Assembly: GCA_031426555.1 (NCBI GenBank) | Contig: JANPLN010000067.1 | Location: 1-64,000 of the forward strand | Reading direction: 5' to 3' | Origin: Bdellovibrionales bacterium | Lineage (GTDB): Bacteria > Bdellovibrionota > Bdellovibrionia > Bdellovibrionales > JAGQZY01 | Length of the DNA: 64,000 nucleotides | In this document: piece after piece, positions 21,137-29,843 of the stretch | How the letters are laid out: every line of letters begins with the position of its first letter | How positions within the stretch are numbered: the first letter of the stretch is position 1 | Notes under the pieces: generated by a model | What the model was told of the DNA's origin: nothing | Database searches by the model: none | Seen by the model: the letters and a program-made list of their open reading frames with translations, nothing else | Made by a program: the position numbers and the translations under genes

Positions 21137-22194
21137 AGCTCTGCGAGTTGATTGCGTTCGGTTTGGATACGTTTTTCGATTTTTTGAAAGTTATCGAAAG
21201 CGTGGGCGGCAGAGATTCCGCCGGGTTGTCCCGAGGCGAGGCCGCGCGCTTGTAAAGCCTTATCCACAGCATTTCCCACGCCGTTGCTTCCGGCTCTGCC
21301 GTCATCGATTCCTACACGGGAGGCCACGGGATTTCCGCTACTTTTGCTAGATGAAGCGGCGCCCATTTGCATGCCGCCATTTTTTCCACCGGCACCACCA
21401 CCAGTGGCGCCAAAATTTATCTTCGGAGTTCCATCGGCATTCACTTCGGCAACCCCGCGACCGCGGCCACCGGGTCCACCACCGGAACCGCCGCCACCCA
21501 TGCCACCGCCACCACCGCCAGGTGATTGGCCAAACTGCGCCATGCTCGGATCCACTTTTTCACCCATCGCTGGTGCATCGTTTGGATTTAATCCTGCATC
21601 TAAAAAACTTCCATCACCCGCATCTCGAGTGGTGTTAGCTAGTGTTGCGCCAGGAGTGTCGGCGGCTTCGTCCACTTTGCACTTCGCGGGATCTTTGGCA
21701 CACGCATCACCACTTTCGCCGCCATCGCCCTTGAGCTGTCCGAGGAGCGCGGTAAGCAGTGGTAAAACCTGGTTCAGGTCCAAACCCGCTTTTTTAGCAG
21801 CTGCGAGGTTTTCCTTTGGTTTCTCGTTACATTCTTTTTCCGCTTGTTGGGCCTGCTGTACGCCATTTGCGTCCGCATTGGCTTGCGCCTGGGCGGCTTC
21901 TTGCTGACATGTTTGGATACAGCTTGTAAAGCTTTTATAACATGTTGCTTCGAACGCAGTCACCTGTCTGCTTGAAGTCGCAGTATTCTTAATGGCAAGC
22001 TGCACACCTGGGAGTGTTCCAGCACCTGGTTGTTGAACCGTTGAATTGATTTGTTCCATCAATCGGAGTGGTTCTTCAATTCCTTTTTTGTCACAGTCAT
22101 TAAACGCGGCATCTCTCGCGCTTTGGCAACTACCTGCTGCAAATGCAGAGTCTAAATTTGCAAAAAACAAAATGATAAAAAATATTTTTCCCAT
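21133..22194 (-). CDS. Secreted Cys-containing, Gly-rich hypothetical protein
   Basis: Sec signal (…SAFA), paired Cys residues, poly-Gly linker, C-terminal motif shared with the neighbouring gene. Confidence 0.8.
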   Translation of the reverse strand: MGKIFFIILFFANLDSAFAAGSCQSARDAAFNDCDKKGIEEPLRLMEQINSTVQQPGAGTLPGVQLAIKNTATSSRQVTAFEATCYKSFTSCIQTCQQEAAQAQANADANGVQQAQQAEKECNEKPKENLAAAKKAGLDLNQVLPLLTALLGQLKGDGGESGDACAKDPAKCKVDEAADTPGATLANTTRDAGDGSFLDAGLNPNDAPAMGEKVDPSMAQFGQSPGGGGGGMGGGGSGGGPGGRGRGVAEVNADGTPKINFGATGGGAGGKNGGMQMGAASSSKSSGNPVASRVGIDDGRAGSNGVGNAVDKALQARGLASGQPGGISAAHAFDNFQKIEKRIQTERNQLAEL

Positions 22195-22195
22195 T

Positions 22196-23161
22196 TTAGT
22201 GCCCCATTCCCGTGCGCTCGCGATCCACGCGTTTTTCTACCATTAAAAAAATATCCGAATGCGAAACTCCAATAACACCGTCACCAAACTGTTTAAAAAA
22301 TCCACCCCAGGCTGCGGGATCACGATCGATGCCCGAGCGTTCGGCTTCGGTCGCCGTCGTGGTTTCTTTTTGGCTGCCATCTAAACTCGAAATGCTCACT
22401 CGGCCGTAACCTGTGGAGCCGCTAGGTTGGGCGACAAGATCGCCAGCTCCACTTCCAACTTTTTCCGCAAGCTGTTTGCGCATCTCCGCAAGGCCCTGCT
22501 GGATCGCACTTGATTCCTTGCCACTCACACCTGCCGCAGCCAAACTTGCCGGACTCAAATCGCCATTCACGGAGGCTCCTGTGGGCGTTGTGATATTTCC
22601 GCTGTCGTCGACGGTGTAACCTTGGCTGACCAAATCTGCTTTGAGTTTGTTGAGTTCTTTTTGCAAAGCCGCATCTTGCGCCGTGGAGGCATCCACCGTG
22701 CCCGTCGAGCTACCGCTGGAACCCAAATCATTCATCAAATCTTGCGACTGACTAGCTTTGCTGGCGGCATAACCAGCTGCTGCAAAGGCCGCCGCACCCA
22801 AGTAGCACGCAGTGCGGTTGTTAGAACTGCAACGCATCATATAACTAGTACCTAAGGCTGCTGCAGCGACACCCATCACGATGGATTGGGTTTTTCCTGA
22901 CTTCGCTTGGTTGTAAGCGCCGGTGTTTTCTTCGCCTACCGATCCATCGGTCCCATAATTTGTTGTTGTGGTTACTGCGCCCGCCATCTGATCATTCACT
23001 GTTCCTGTGGGAGTGGTGGATGTAGAACTTGCTGTACCAGTAGTGACGGTACAATTAATCGAAGTCTCGCACGCCGCTCCGCCGCCCGACGCCACTTCGG
23101 CGAAAGACTGACTTACGAAAGATAAAAACAAACTTAGAATCACCAAGGTTTTATACGCCAT
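22196..23161 (-). CDS. Secreted Ser/Thr/Gly-rich hypothetical protein with hydrophobic hairpin
   Basis: Sec signal (…QSFA), two hydrophobic stretches flanking a Cys pair, shared C-terminal motif. Confidence 0.8.
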   Translation of the reverse strand: MAYKTLVILSLFLSFVSQSFAEVASGGGAACETSINCTVTTGTASSTSTTPTGTVNDQMAGAVTTTTNYGTDGSVGEENTGAYNQAKSGKTQSIVMGVAAAALGTSYMMRCSSNNRTACYLGAAAFAAAGYAASKASQSQDLMNDLGSSGSSTGTVDASTAQDAALQKELNKLKADLVSQGYTVDDSGNITTPTGASVNGDLSPASLAAAGVSGKESSAIQQGLAEMRKQLAEKVGSGAGDLVAQPSGSTGYGRVSISSLDGSQKETTTATEAERSGIDRDPAAWGGFFKQFGDGVIGVSHSDIFLMVEKRVDRERTGMGH

Positions 23162-23185
23162 TTTCTATCCCCCGATACCTTCTCT

Positions 23186-23213
23186 TTATCGGACGGAAGT
23201 CTGTAAATCTTTA
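23186..23213 (-). promoter_or_regulatory. Putative sigma28 (FliA)-type promoter
   Basis: Minus strand reads TAAA-N16-TCCGATAA versus the FliA consensus TAAA-N15-GCCGATAA. Confidence 0.55.
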
Positions 23214-23270
23214 CTGTTGTAACCGGGGAACGTCTCAAGTCGACACTTCTACTGTCTCATTTTGATACAT

Positions 23271-25328
23271 TTAATCAGCTGGTGGTGGATTTAAGATGGG
23301 CCCGCTCAGGCCGGGGCCACCAAGTTCTGAATCCACTGAGACCAAATAGTTTTTAGATACAATCTTCACCGAGTAACCCGAGCGACCCCCTTGCGGACAG
23401 CCGCCGGGGCTCGGTCGCGCCATGACGTCGGAATCATTGCGCAGCAAGCATTTTCCAAAGTCATTGGGAAACTCGTAATTCACAGCGCCGTTTTGTGTCC
23501 ACCCTGTTAAAATCTGATTGGGTGATTCCACCTGAAAGAATGGAAAGGTGTTAGAGTACACCTGTGCCGACGACGTGATTTGATCCACGATACTATAGGG
23601 TTGACGGTTTTCAGAACCAAGATCGACAAAATATTTGCTGAATTGATCTTTGGTACTAAAATGCACATCATCCGTATTAAAAAAGTTCGCCATGTACTGG
23701 CCTTCGATCGAATAGTACGTGATATCAAAAAGATCGGGTGCGATGGCCGATAATTCCATGTAACGAATGGGATCGCCCGTGACGCCGGCATTATTTGTTC
23801 TAGCTAAAGAATCTGGTTGAGAATCAAACTCATCGGGATCGCCAATGTGGTTGTAATGAGCGAGCGCAAGCATCGGCGGAAGTCGGTTGGGATTGGCTCC
23901 TTTAATAATTGTATTGGTTACGTAATTGTACATTGCACCCAAAGCGTATCTTGAATTCAGCCCATGGAGATCGCCGGGATATTTGGAGTAATTCACCAAA
24001 TCATCTTCCGAAGCGCCACCCAGGCGCTGACCCGAAATAGATCTGGCCGGCAATAATGGATCCACTCGATCCAACCCTTGCGACGTCGGGCTGCCCGAGG
24101 GCCATTGCTTGCTGTACCACGGACCGATGCGCCCACCGAAAGGTTTTGCAAACGACTCCGCTTTTAATGTGGTCACCCCCCCAAAGGGAGCAAATATTTT
24201 TCGCGGCTGCGTTTGTGCCGACAATTTTATAAACGGCATGCACCATGGATTTTTTTCGACGCCTGACTTAATAGGATTGTCGTTCGTCCACGCAGTAGAA
24301 AGAAGCGCGTTGTTTCTGCCACCGACCAACGCAAGGTAATCTGGTGGAGGTAGAATGTTTACTGCTGGGCCACGGTTAGAGGTCACTGTCGTATCGCAGC
24401 GACCTGGGCCAGCAAGCCAAATCATTCGAACGTAAGTCAACAAAGGATACAGCTCCACATCTGGTAACCAAAAATTAGGATCGCTACACGGACCCTCCAT
24501 GTCGCTCGACAGTGAATTCAATAATTTGATTTGCACGGTTTCTCTCTGCGGCTCGGTGAGATTTTTTTTAAGCGTGTTAAGTGTTCCGTTAAATACTGAA
24601 CCACCGAGATGATCCTGCATCTCAGTCCCCGGCGCACTCAGCTTTGTAGACAGTGCACGAATCATTTGCATGCGTCGGTCGGCTTCGAGAACATAGGCTG
24701 TTAAAAAGGTTGCAGCCACCTGCCAATTCAAAACACTGACGGTTTTGCATTTAAGCTCAAAATTATCAGAAATCGTTTGTAAAAAATCATTCAGGCCTCC
24801 AATGAGTCCCAGAGGGTCACCGCCACCGCCGACCGGTGGAACTACAGTGATTCCGTCTAAATTCTGACACAAGGAACTCGCATTCGGACCTTCGGTAATT
24901 CCATATTCGTACCAAAGCGTACTCCCGATGCACACACCCGGCGCATGGTTGTTGACTCCAAGTTTAGGAAAAAACGGTTGAGTTTCATCACCCACCGGGG
25001 GATTTGTAAAAATAGGATGTCGTGGGAGCAAAGCGTTCGCACCCATCCCAATCGAAACACTTCCAAGAACACGAATGCGAAAAGTTAACAGCTTAAATGC
25101 TTGCCGAATTTGATAATTAATGTGTGCAATTTGATTCAGCATCTCACTTTGTTTTTGAGCGGCGTAGTAAGCGGCGATATCAGTGGAGTTTTGCAAATTG
25201 ATTTTATCGTAAACAACAAGCCCCACGTTGATCGACATCGCAAAAAACACAAAAAGAACTTGAAAGATCAGCACTAAAAAAAGCGCCATTTGTCCCTTTT
25301 GATTTTTTAATGGATTCTGTCGTTTCAT
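23271..25328 (-). CDS. Large TadG/TadE-like pilus assembly protein (minor pilin/adhesin)
   Basis: Prepilin-like KNQKG|QMALFLVLIFQ and Tad N-terminal motif INVGLVVYDKINLQNSTDIAAYYAA; start at MKRQ. Confidence 0.75.
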   Translation of the reverse strand: MKRQNPLKNQKGQMALFLVLIFQVLFVFFAMSINVGLVVYDKINLQNSTDIAAYYAAQKQSEMLNQIAHINYQIRQAFKLLTFRIRVLGSVSIGMGANALLPRHPIFTNPPVGDETQPFFPKLGVNNHAPGVCIGSTLWYEYGITEGPNASSLCQNLDGITVVPPVGGGGDPLGLIGGLNDFLQTISDNFELKCKTVSVLNWQVAATFLTAYVLEADRRMQMIRALSTKLSAPGTEMQDHLGGSVFNGTLNTLKKNLTEPQRETVQIKLLNSLSSDMEGPCSDPNFWLPDVELYPLLTYVRMIWLAGPGRCDTTVTSNRGPAVNILPPPDYLALVGGRNNALLSTAWTNDNPIKSGVEKNPWCMPFIKLSAQTQPRKIFAPFGGVTTLKAESFAKPFGGRIGPWYSKQWPSGSPTSQGLDRVDPLLPARSISGQRLGGASEDDLVNYSKYPGDLHGLNSRYALGAMYNYVTNTIIKGANPNRLPPMLALAHYNHIGDPDEFDSQPDSLARTNNAGVTGDPIRYMELSAIAPDLFDITYYSIEGQYMANFFNTDDVHFSTKDQFSKYFVDLGSENRQPYSIVDQITSSAQVYSNTFPFFQVESPNQILTGWTQNGAVNYEFPNDFGKCLLRNDSDVMARPSPGGCPQGGRSGYSVKIVSKNYLVSVDSELGGPGLSGPILNPPPAD

Positions 25329-25389
25329 TATAGTTTTACCCCGTCGTTTTATTTTGACACTCGCTCTCAATGTAGGCCACCCTAGATAT

Positions 25390-26157
25390 ATGAAACCCAT
25401 CCTTCACTTGACCAAAGTCCTAGTTGTTTTTCTGTTCTGTCTTCCCGCCTCCGCGGAAGTTCTCTTTGAGGGCTACTACAAGCTCACTTTTGGCGCCGAA
25501 CATATCGGCTATATCATCCAGCGCTACGAATTGAACTCCGCGGAAAAAACCTTTGTATCGACAAATTTTTTATTAACCAAAACCGCCGAAGGCACCACCA
25601 CCGAAAGCCTTTCCGCCAAGGCCAACACAAAACTCGAACCCATGAGTTACCAGTACACCCGCCTCGAGGGCACGAAAACAAAAGCCATTGATGCCATCGT
25701 TAAAAAAAATAAACTTGTTTTAAAAATTGTCGAAAACAACAAAGCCCAGGCCAAAGAGCTTACAATTTCTACCAGCGTGTTTTTTAGCACGTTCCTCCCC
25801 CATCTTATGCTCAAAAATCCAAAGGGCTTGTCCGTTGGCAATAAGTTTTCCTACGAAGCTGTGGCCGAAGAAGATGGTGCCGTGGAGAAAGGCGAAGTGT
25901 TTGTTAAGGAACAAGTGAAAGAGCGCGGCCTGGATACCTTTCGCACGCTCAACACTTTTAAAAAAGAGCAATTCGTCAATTGGGTCAATTTTAAAGGCGA
26001 GTCCATTAAAACTGAAGTGCCCAGTTTAAATTTAACAGCAGAACTCGTCACTGAACCTAAACAGGCCTATGGAGCACTGCCGTTTAATACCAGCACCATT
26101 CAATTGCTGTTCGGAAAAGTTCCCGAAGGCAAAATAAATATGCTCAGCAAACAATGA
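25390..26157 (+). CDS. Exported hypothetical protein (beta-rich)
   Basis: Signal peptide ending PASA; its stop overlaps the start of the dppB-like gene (ATGA). Confidence 0.75.
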   Translation: MKPILHLTKVLVVFLFCLPASAEVLFEGYYKLTFGAEHIGYIIQRYELNSAEKTFVSTNFLLTKTAEGTTTESLSAKANTKLEPMSYQYTRLEGTKTKAIDAIVKKNKLVLKIVENNKAQAKELTISTSVFFSTFLPHLMLKNPKGLSVGNKFSYEAVAEEDGAVEKGEVFVKEQVKERGLDTFRTLNTFKKEQFVNWVNFKGESIKTEVPSLNLTAELVTEPKQAYGALPFNTSTIQLLFGKVPEGKINMLSKQ

Positions 26158-27074
26158 CCTATTTCTTCCGCCGCCTCACATCGTTAATACCAGTTATGTT
26201 TGGCGTTGTGACCATCACCTTTTTTTTAATTCACATGATCCCCGGCGATCCCGTGGACATTATGCTCGGCGACTACACCAGCCAAGCTGATCGAGCGGCA
26301 TTGCGCAAAGAACTCGGTTTAGACCAACCGCTTTTTGCTCAATATAAAAACTATCTCTGGCGGAGTTTGCATTTGGATTTTGGGCGCTCCTTGCAATCGC
26401 AAAAACCAGTGTTTAAAGAAATCCTCGATCGCGTGCCCGCAACTTTCGAGTTAGGGCTTGCAGCTCTCCTTCTCGCAGCCTTTGTTGGGATTCCCCTGGG
26501 TGTTGCGGCTGCAATTAAAAAAAACACATGGCTGGATCAACTCATTCTTGTCATCGGCTCCCTCGGTTTATCATTTCCGTCGTTGTGGTCAGGACCACTT
26601 CTCATTTGGCTTTTTGCCATTGAATTAGATTGGCTCCCCATTGGCGAACGCGAGAGCTGGGACAGCTTAATCTTGCCCTCTGTTTCCCTTAGTATTGGTT
26701 TGATTGCGTTGCTTATGCGTATGACCCGCAGCTCAATGCTCGACGTAATGAAGGAAGACTACATGTCCGTGGCACGCGCCAAGGGTTTGCCCGCTTACAA
26801 AATTTATTTTTTGCACGGACTTACAAATGCCATTATTCCTGTGCTCACATTGCTAGGACTCATGCTGGGGGCCCTTCTCACCGGCACGGTCATCGTTGAA
26901 ACAATTTTTGACTGGCCAGGAATCGGTCTTTTGCTTTATCAATCCATCCAAAATCGTGATTACCCGCTGGTTCAAGGCTGTGTGCTGTTTGTGTCGGTGA
27001 TTTATTTGTTTGCCAATTTTTTTACAGATTTAGCATACGGTTATTTCAACCCTAAAATCAGGTTGGAATCATGA
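26154..27074 (+). CDS. Peptide/nickel ABC permease, DppB/OppB family
   Basis: IPGDP, LGLDQP, ARAKGL and VETIFDWPGIG motifs. Confidence 0.92.
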   Translation: MTYFFRRLTSLIPVMFGVVTITFFLIHMIPGDPVDIMLGDYTSQADRAALRKELGLDQPLFAQYKNYLWRSLHLDFGRSLQSQKPVFKEILDRVPATFELGLAALLLAAFVGIPLGVAAAIKKNTWLDQLILVIGSLGLSFPSLWSGPLLIWLFAIELDWLPIGERESWDSLILPSVSLSIGLIALLMRMTRSSMLDVMKEDYMSVARAKGLPAYKIYFLHGLTNAIIPVLTLLGLMLGALLTGTVIVETIFDWPGIGLLLYQSIQNRDYPLVQGCVLFVSVIYLFANFFTDLAYGYFNPKIRLES

Positions 27075-27877
27075 AGTTTCCCTGGCAGCTTCGCATTGGA
27101 CTTTTTTTGATCGGAAGCATTTTGCTTTTAGCCATTGCGGCCCCATTGATCGCTCCGTTTGATCCCACCGCCATCCAATTGGAAAATCGTTTTCAACCCC
27201 CAGGAAGCACCAATTGGTTTGGCACCGATCAAAATGGTGTTGATGTGTTAAGCCAAATTTTATATGGGGCCCAGGTTAGCCTCGCCATTGCTTTGAGCGT
27301 GGTAAGTATTACCTTGTTCGTCGGCCTCCTGTTGGGCTCCGTCGCCGGGTTCGGTGGCGGTCTCTACGACCAACTGCTCATGCGTTTTGTAGATATGATT
27401 TTTGGCTTTCCCGGTTTCTTGCTCATTTTGGCCATCGTGGCTGTTTTGCAGGAAGCCTCCGTACCCAATATGATCTTCGCGCTGTGTTTAACAGGTTGGG
27501 CCTCCTATGCGCGGCTCGTTCGCGGGGAAATTTTACATCTTAAAGAAAAAGAACACGTCCTCAACGCTTTAGCGCTGGGGTTGCCGAAATGGCGCATTCT
27601 GGTTTTTCACATTTGGCCCAATCTGATTGGACCTTTGGTCATTCAAGCATCCTTTGGCCTCGCTGTGACGATCATCACCGAATCAAGCCTCAGCTTTTTG
27701 GGGCTCGGAGTCTCGCCAAAAACTCCAACTTGGGGCTCTTTATTAGGGGCGGGACGCCAGTATCTGATTGAAGCCCCGCATTTGAGTTTTTTCCCAGGGC
27801 TATTTATCGTTCTTTTGGTTTTGGGATTTAATCTTCTTGGCGATGGGCTGCGCGAAACCCTTGACCCCAAAAAGTAG
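27071..27877 (+). CDS. Peptide/nickel ABC permease, DppC/OppC family
   Basis: FGTDQNGVD, ESSLSFLGLG and NLLGDGLRETLDPK motifs. Confidence 0.92.
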   Translation: MKFPWQLRIGLFLIGSILLLAIAAPLIAPFDPTAIQLENRFQPPGSTNWFGTDQNGVDVLSQILYGAQVSLAIALSVVSITLFVGLLLGSVAGFGGGLYDQLLMRFVDMIFGFPGFLLILAIVAVLQEASVPNMIFALCLTGWASYARLVRGEILHLKEKEHVLNALALGLPKWRILVFHIWPNLIGPLVIQASFGLAVTIITESSLSFLGLGVSPKTPTWGSLLGAGRQYLIEAPHLSFFPGLFIVLLVLGFNLLGDGLRETLDPKK

Positions 27878-27953
27878 GAGCTTCCCCAGGCTCTCATTGC
27901 TTTGATCCCCACGGGTTGTTACACTGGCATGCGATAACAGGCAGGAGCTTTGC

Positions 27954-29078
27954 GTGGTAGAAAAAATTGGCCAACAGTTTATTATTGGAATTCAAGGCCC
28001 AAAACTTCTCGAAGAAGAAAAAGAATTCATCACCAAATACAACATCGGTGGCGTAGTCCTCTTTGCCCGCAATCTTGAATCTCCCGAACAAATTCACGAA
28101 CTCACCAGCGAACTTCACAGCCTGCGATTGAAAACCCGCGACAAAACTCCCATGTTTGTATCCATCGACATGGAAGGCGGCCGCGTTCATCGTTTAAAGC
28201 CTCCGTTCACCCAGTGGCCCGCTCTTTCTAAAATTGGCCAAATCGGTTCGTCCACCTTGGCTTTTCGCTTTGCTTTGCAAATGGGCGAAGAGATGCGCGC
28301 CTTCGGAATCAATCTCGACTATGCTCCGTGTTTAGATATTTTAACCAATCCCAAAAACGAAGTGATCGGCGATCGCTCGCTGAGTTCTGATCCAGAACTT
28401 GTGACTCAGCTTTCCACGGCCCTCGTTCGCGGCTACATCAAAGCCAATGTGATTCCCTGTGCAAAACACTTTCCCGGCCACGGCTCGGTAGAAGTGGACA
28501 GCCACTTTGAGCTGCCAATTTCGAACGACACTTTAAAGATGCTCGACGACAATCAAAGCATGGCACCTTTTAAAAAAGTTTTTCGCTCGCGCTGCGAGCT
28601 CGCGATGACGGCCCATATTCATTTTAAAAAAATTGATCCTGAATGGCCAGTGACCCTCTCACCAATTTTTTTACAGCAAATCATGCGCGATGTGCTTCGT
28701 TATCGCGGTTTAATTATGACCGACGATCTCGATATGAAGGCCCTTGCCAAGTATTACCCAAAAGACGTAATTCCGGTCCAGGCTCTTTTAGCTGGCGCCA
28801 ATATTTTGCTCTACTGCAATGACTTTAAATCTCCCGTCACAGCAATGAACTCCGTGGCCAAAGCCATCAAAGACAAACGCTTGCCGATTCCACTCATCGA
28901 AAAAAACTTTTCCGAAATCATGGCCTTTAAACGCAAACACCTCTCAGGCCCGGTGGAACCTTTCCCTCTCAAAAAGGCTTTGGAAATTATCAATCGCCCC
29001 GAGCACAAAGAATTCGCTGCCGCTGTGGCCTCTGGCGATGTGAGTAAGTTTTTACAGGGTGAAGAAGAAACTGACTAA
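27954..29078 (+). CDS. nagZ: Beta-N-acetylglucosaminidase (GH3)
   Basis: DMEGGRVHR, KHFPGHG...DSH and TDDLDMKA motifs. Confidence 0.92.
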   Translation: MVEKIGQQFIIGIQGPKLLEEEKEFITKYNIGGVVLFARNLESPEQIHELTSELHSLRLKTRDKTPMFVSIDMEGGRVHRLKPPFTQWPALSKIGQIGSSTLAFRFALQMGEEMRAFGINLDYAPCLDILTNPKNEVIGDRSLSSDPELVTQLSTALVRGYIKANVIPCAKHFPGHGSVEVDSHFELPISNDTLKMLDDNQSMAPFKKVFRSRCELAMTAHIHFKKIDPEWPVTLSPIFLQQIMRDVLRYRGLIMTDDLDMKALAKYYPKDVIPVQALLAGANILLYCNDFKSPVTAMNSVAKAIKDKRLPIPLIEKNFSEIMAFKRKHLSGPVEPFPLKKALEIINRPEHKEFAAAVASGDVSKFLQGEEETD

Positions 29079-29181
29079 ATCGCAGTTTCTTTAAAAAATA
29101 TTTTTGAATTCAAAAACTGTGATTTTTTCAATTTAAGGCGATTGTTTTGCAATATTTTTCGCAGTTTGCTAGCTACTATTA

Positions 29182-29793
29182 ATGAAAACCACTGCCTACG
29201 ATTCTCGTTACAAATCCAAAACAAACTACTGGGACTTTAAACCATCGTCGATGGCTTACAAGGTTCTCGAACTGGCCCCACCGCTCAACAAAGAACTCCA
29301 CTTGCTAGACATCGGCTGCGGCGAAGGCGGCAACGCCATATTCTTTGCGAAAAATGGATACAAAGTCACGGGCTTCGATTTCTCCACAGTAGGTTTGCAA
29401 AAAACCCAAGAAAGTGCAAAAAAACACAATGTTGATATCCACTGTTTCCATCAAGATATTAACGATTTTCAGTGCAAAGAAAACTTCGATATTATTTTTT
29501 CGTCTGGCACTTTACAGTATCTACTGCCAGACAAACGAGAATCTTTAATCGAAAATTTAAAACTCCACACAAACCAAAACGGGCTTCATGTGTTACACAC
29601 CTTTGTTAAAAAGCCGTTTGTTAAGTTAGCCCCAGATGCAGAGCCTCAGGAAAACCTGTGGGATTCTGGCCAACTGTTGTATTTTTATCGAGACTGGAAA
29701 ACCGAAAACTTTATCGAGGAAATCAAACCCTGTAATTCCAGCGGAGTTTCTCATGCGCACGTACACAATCGCCTTTGGACGCGCAAGCCTTAA
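29182..29793 (+). CDS. Class I SAM-dependent methyltransferase (TehB-like)
   Basis: LLDIGCGEGGNAIFFA motif I and FDIIFS. Confidence 0.85.
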   Translation: MKTTAYDSRYKSKTNYWDFKPSSMAYKVLELAPPLNKELHLLDIGCGEGGNAIFFAKNGYKVTGFDFSTVGLQKTQESAKKHNVDIHCFHQDINDFQCKENFDIIFSSGTLQYLLPDKRESLIENLKLHTNQNGLHVLHTFVKKPFVKLAPDAEPQENLWDSGQLLYFYRDWKTENFIEEIKPCNSSGVSHAHVHNRLWTRKP

Positions 29794-29843
29794 AAAGAAT
29801 GATTTTTCATACGTTGAAAAAACCCTTTTTTAAGTTTTCCAGA

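Noticed and set aside
21284..21907. 207-aa Pro-rich plus-strand ORF
   Set aside because: Antisense shadow of the Gly-rich gene 21133-22194; poly-Pro is just the complement of GGN codons.
29077..29130. AT-rich inverted repeat after nagZ as a mobile-element end
   Set aside because: No matching partner near the HUH gene; more simply a weak terminator-like hairpin.
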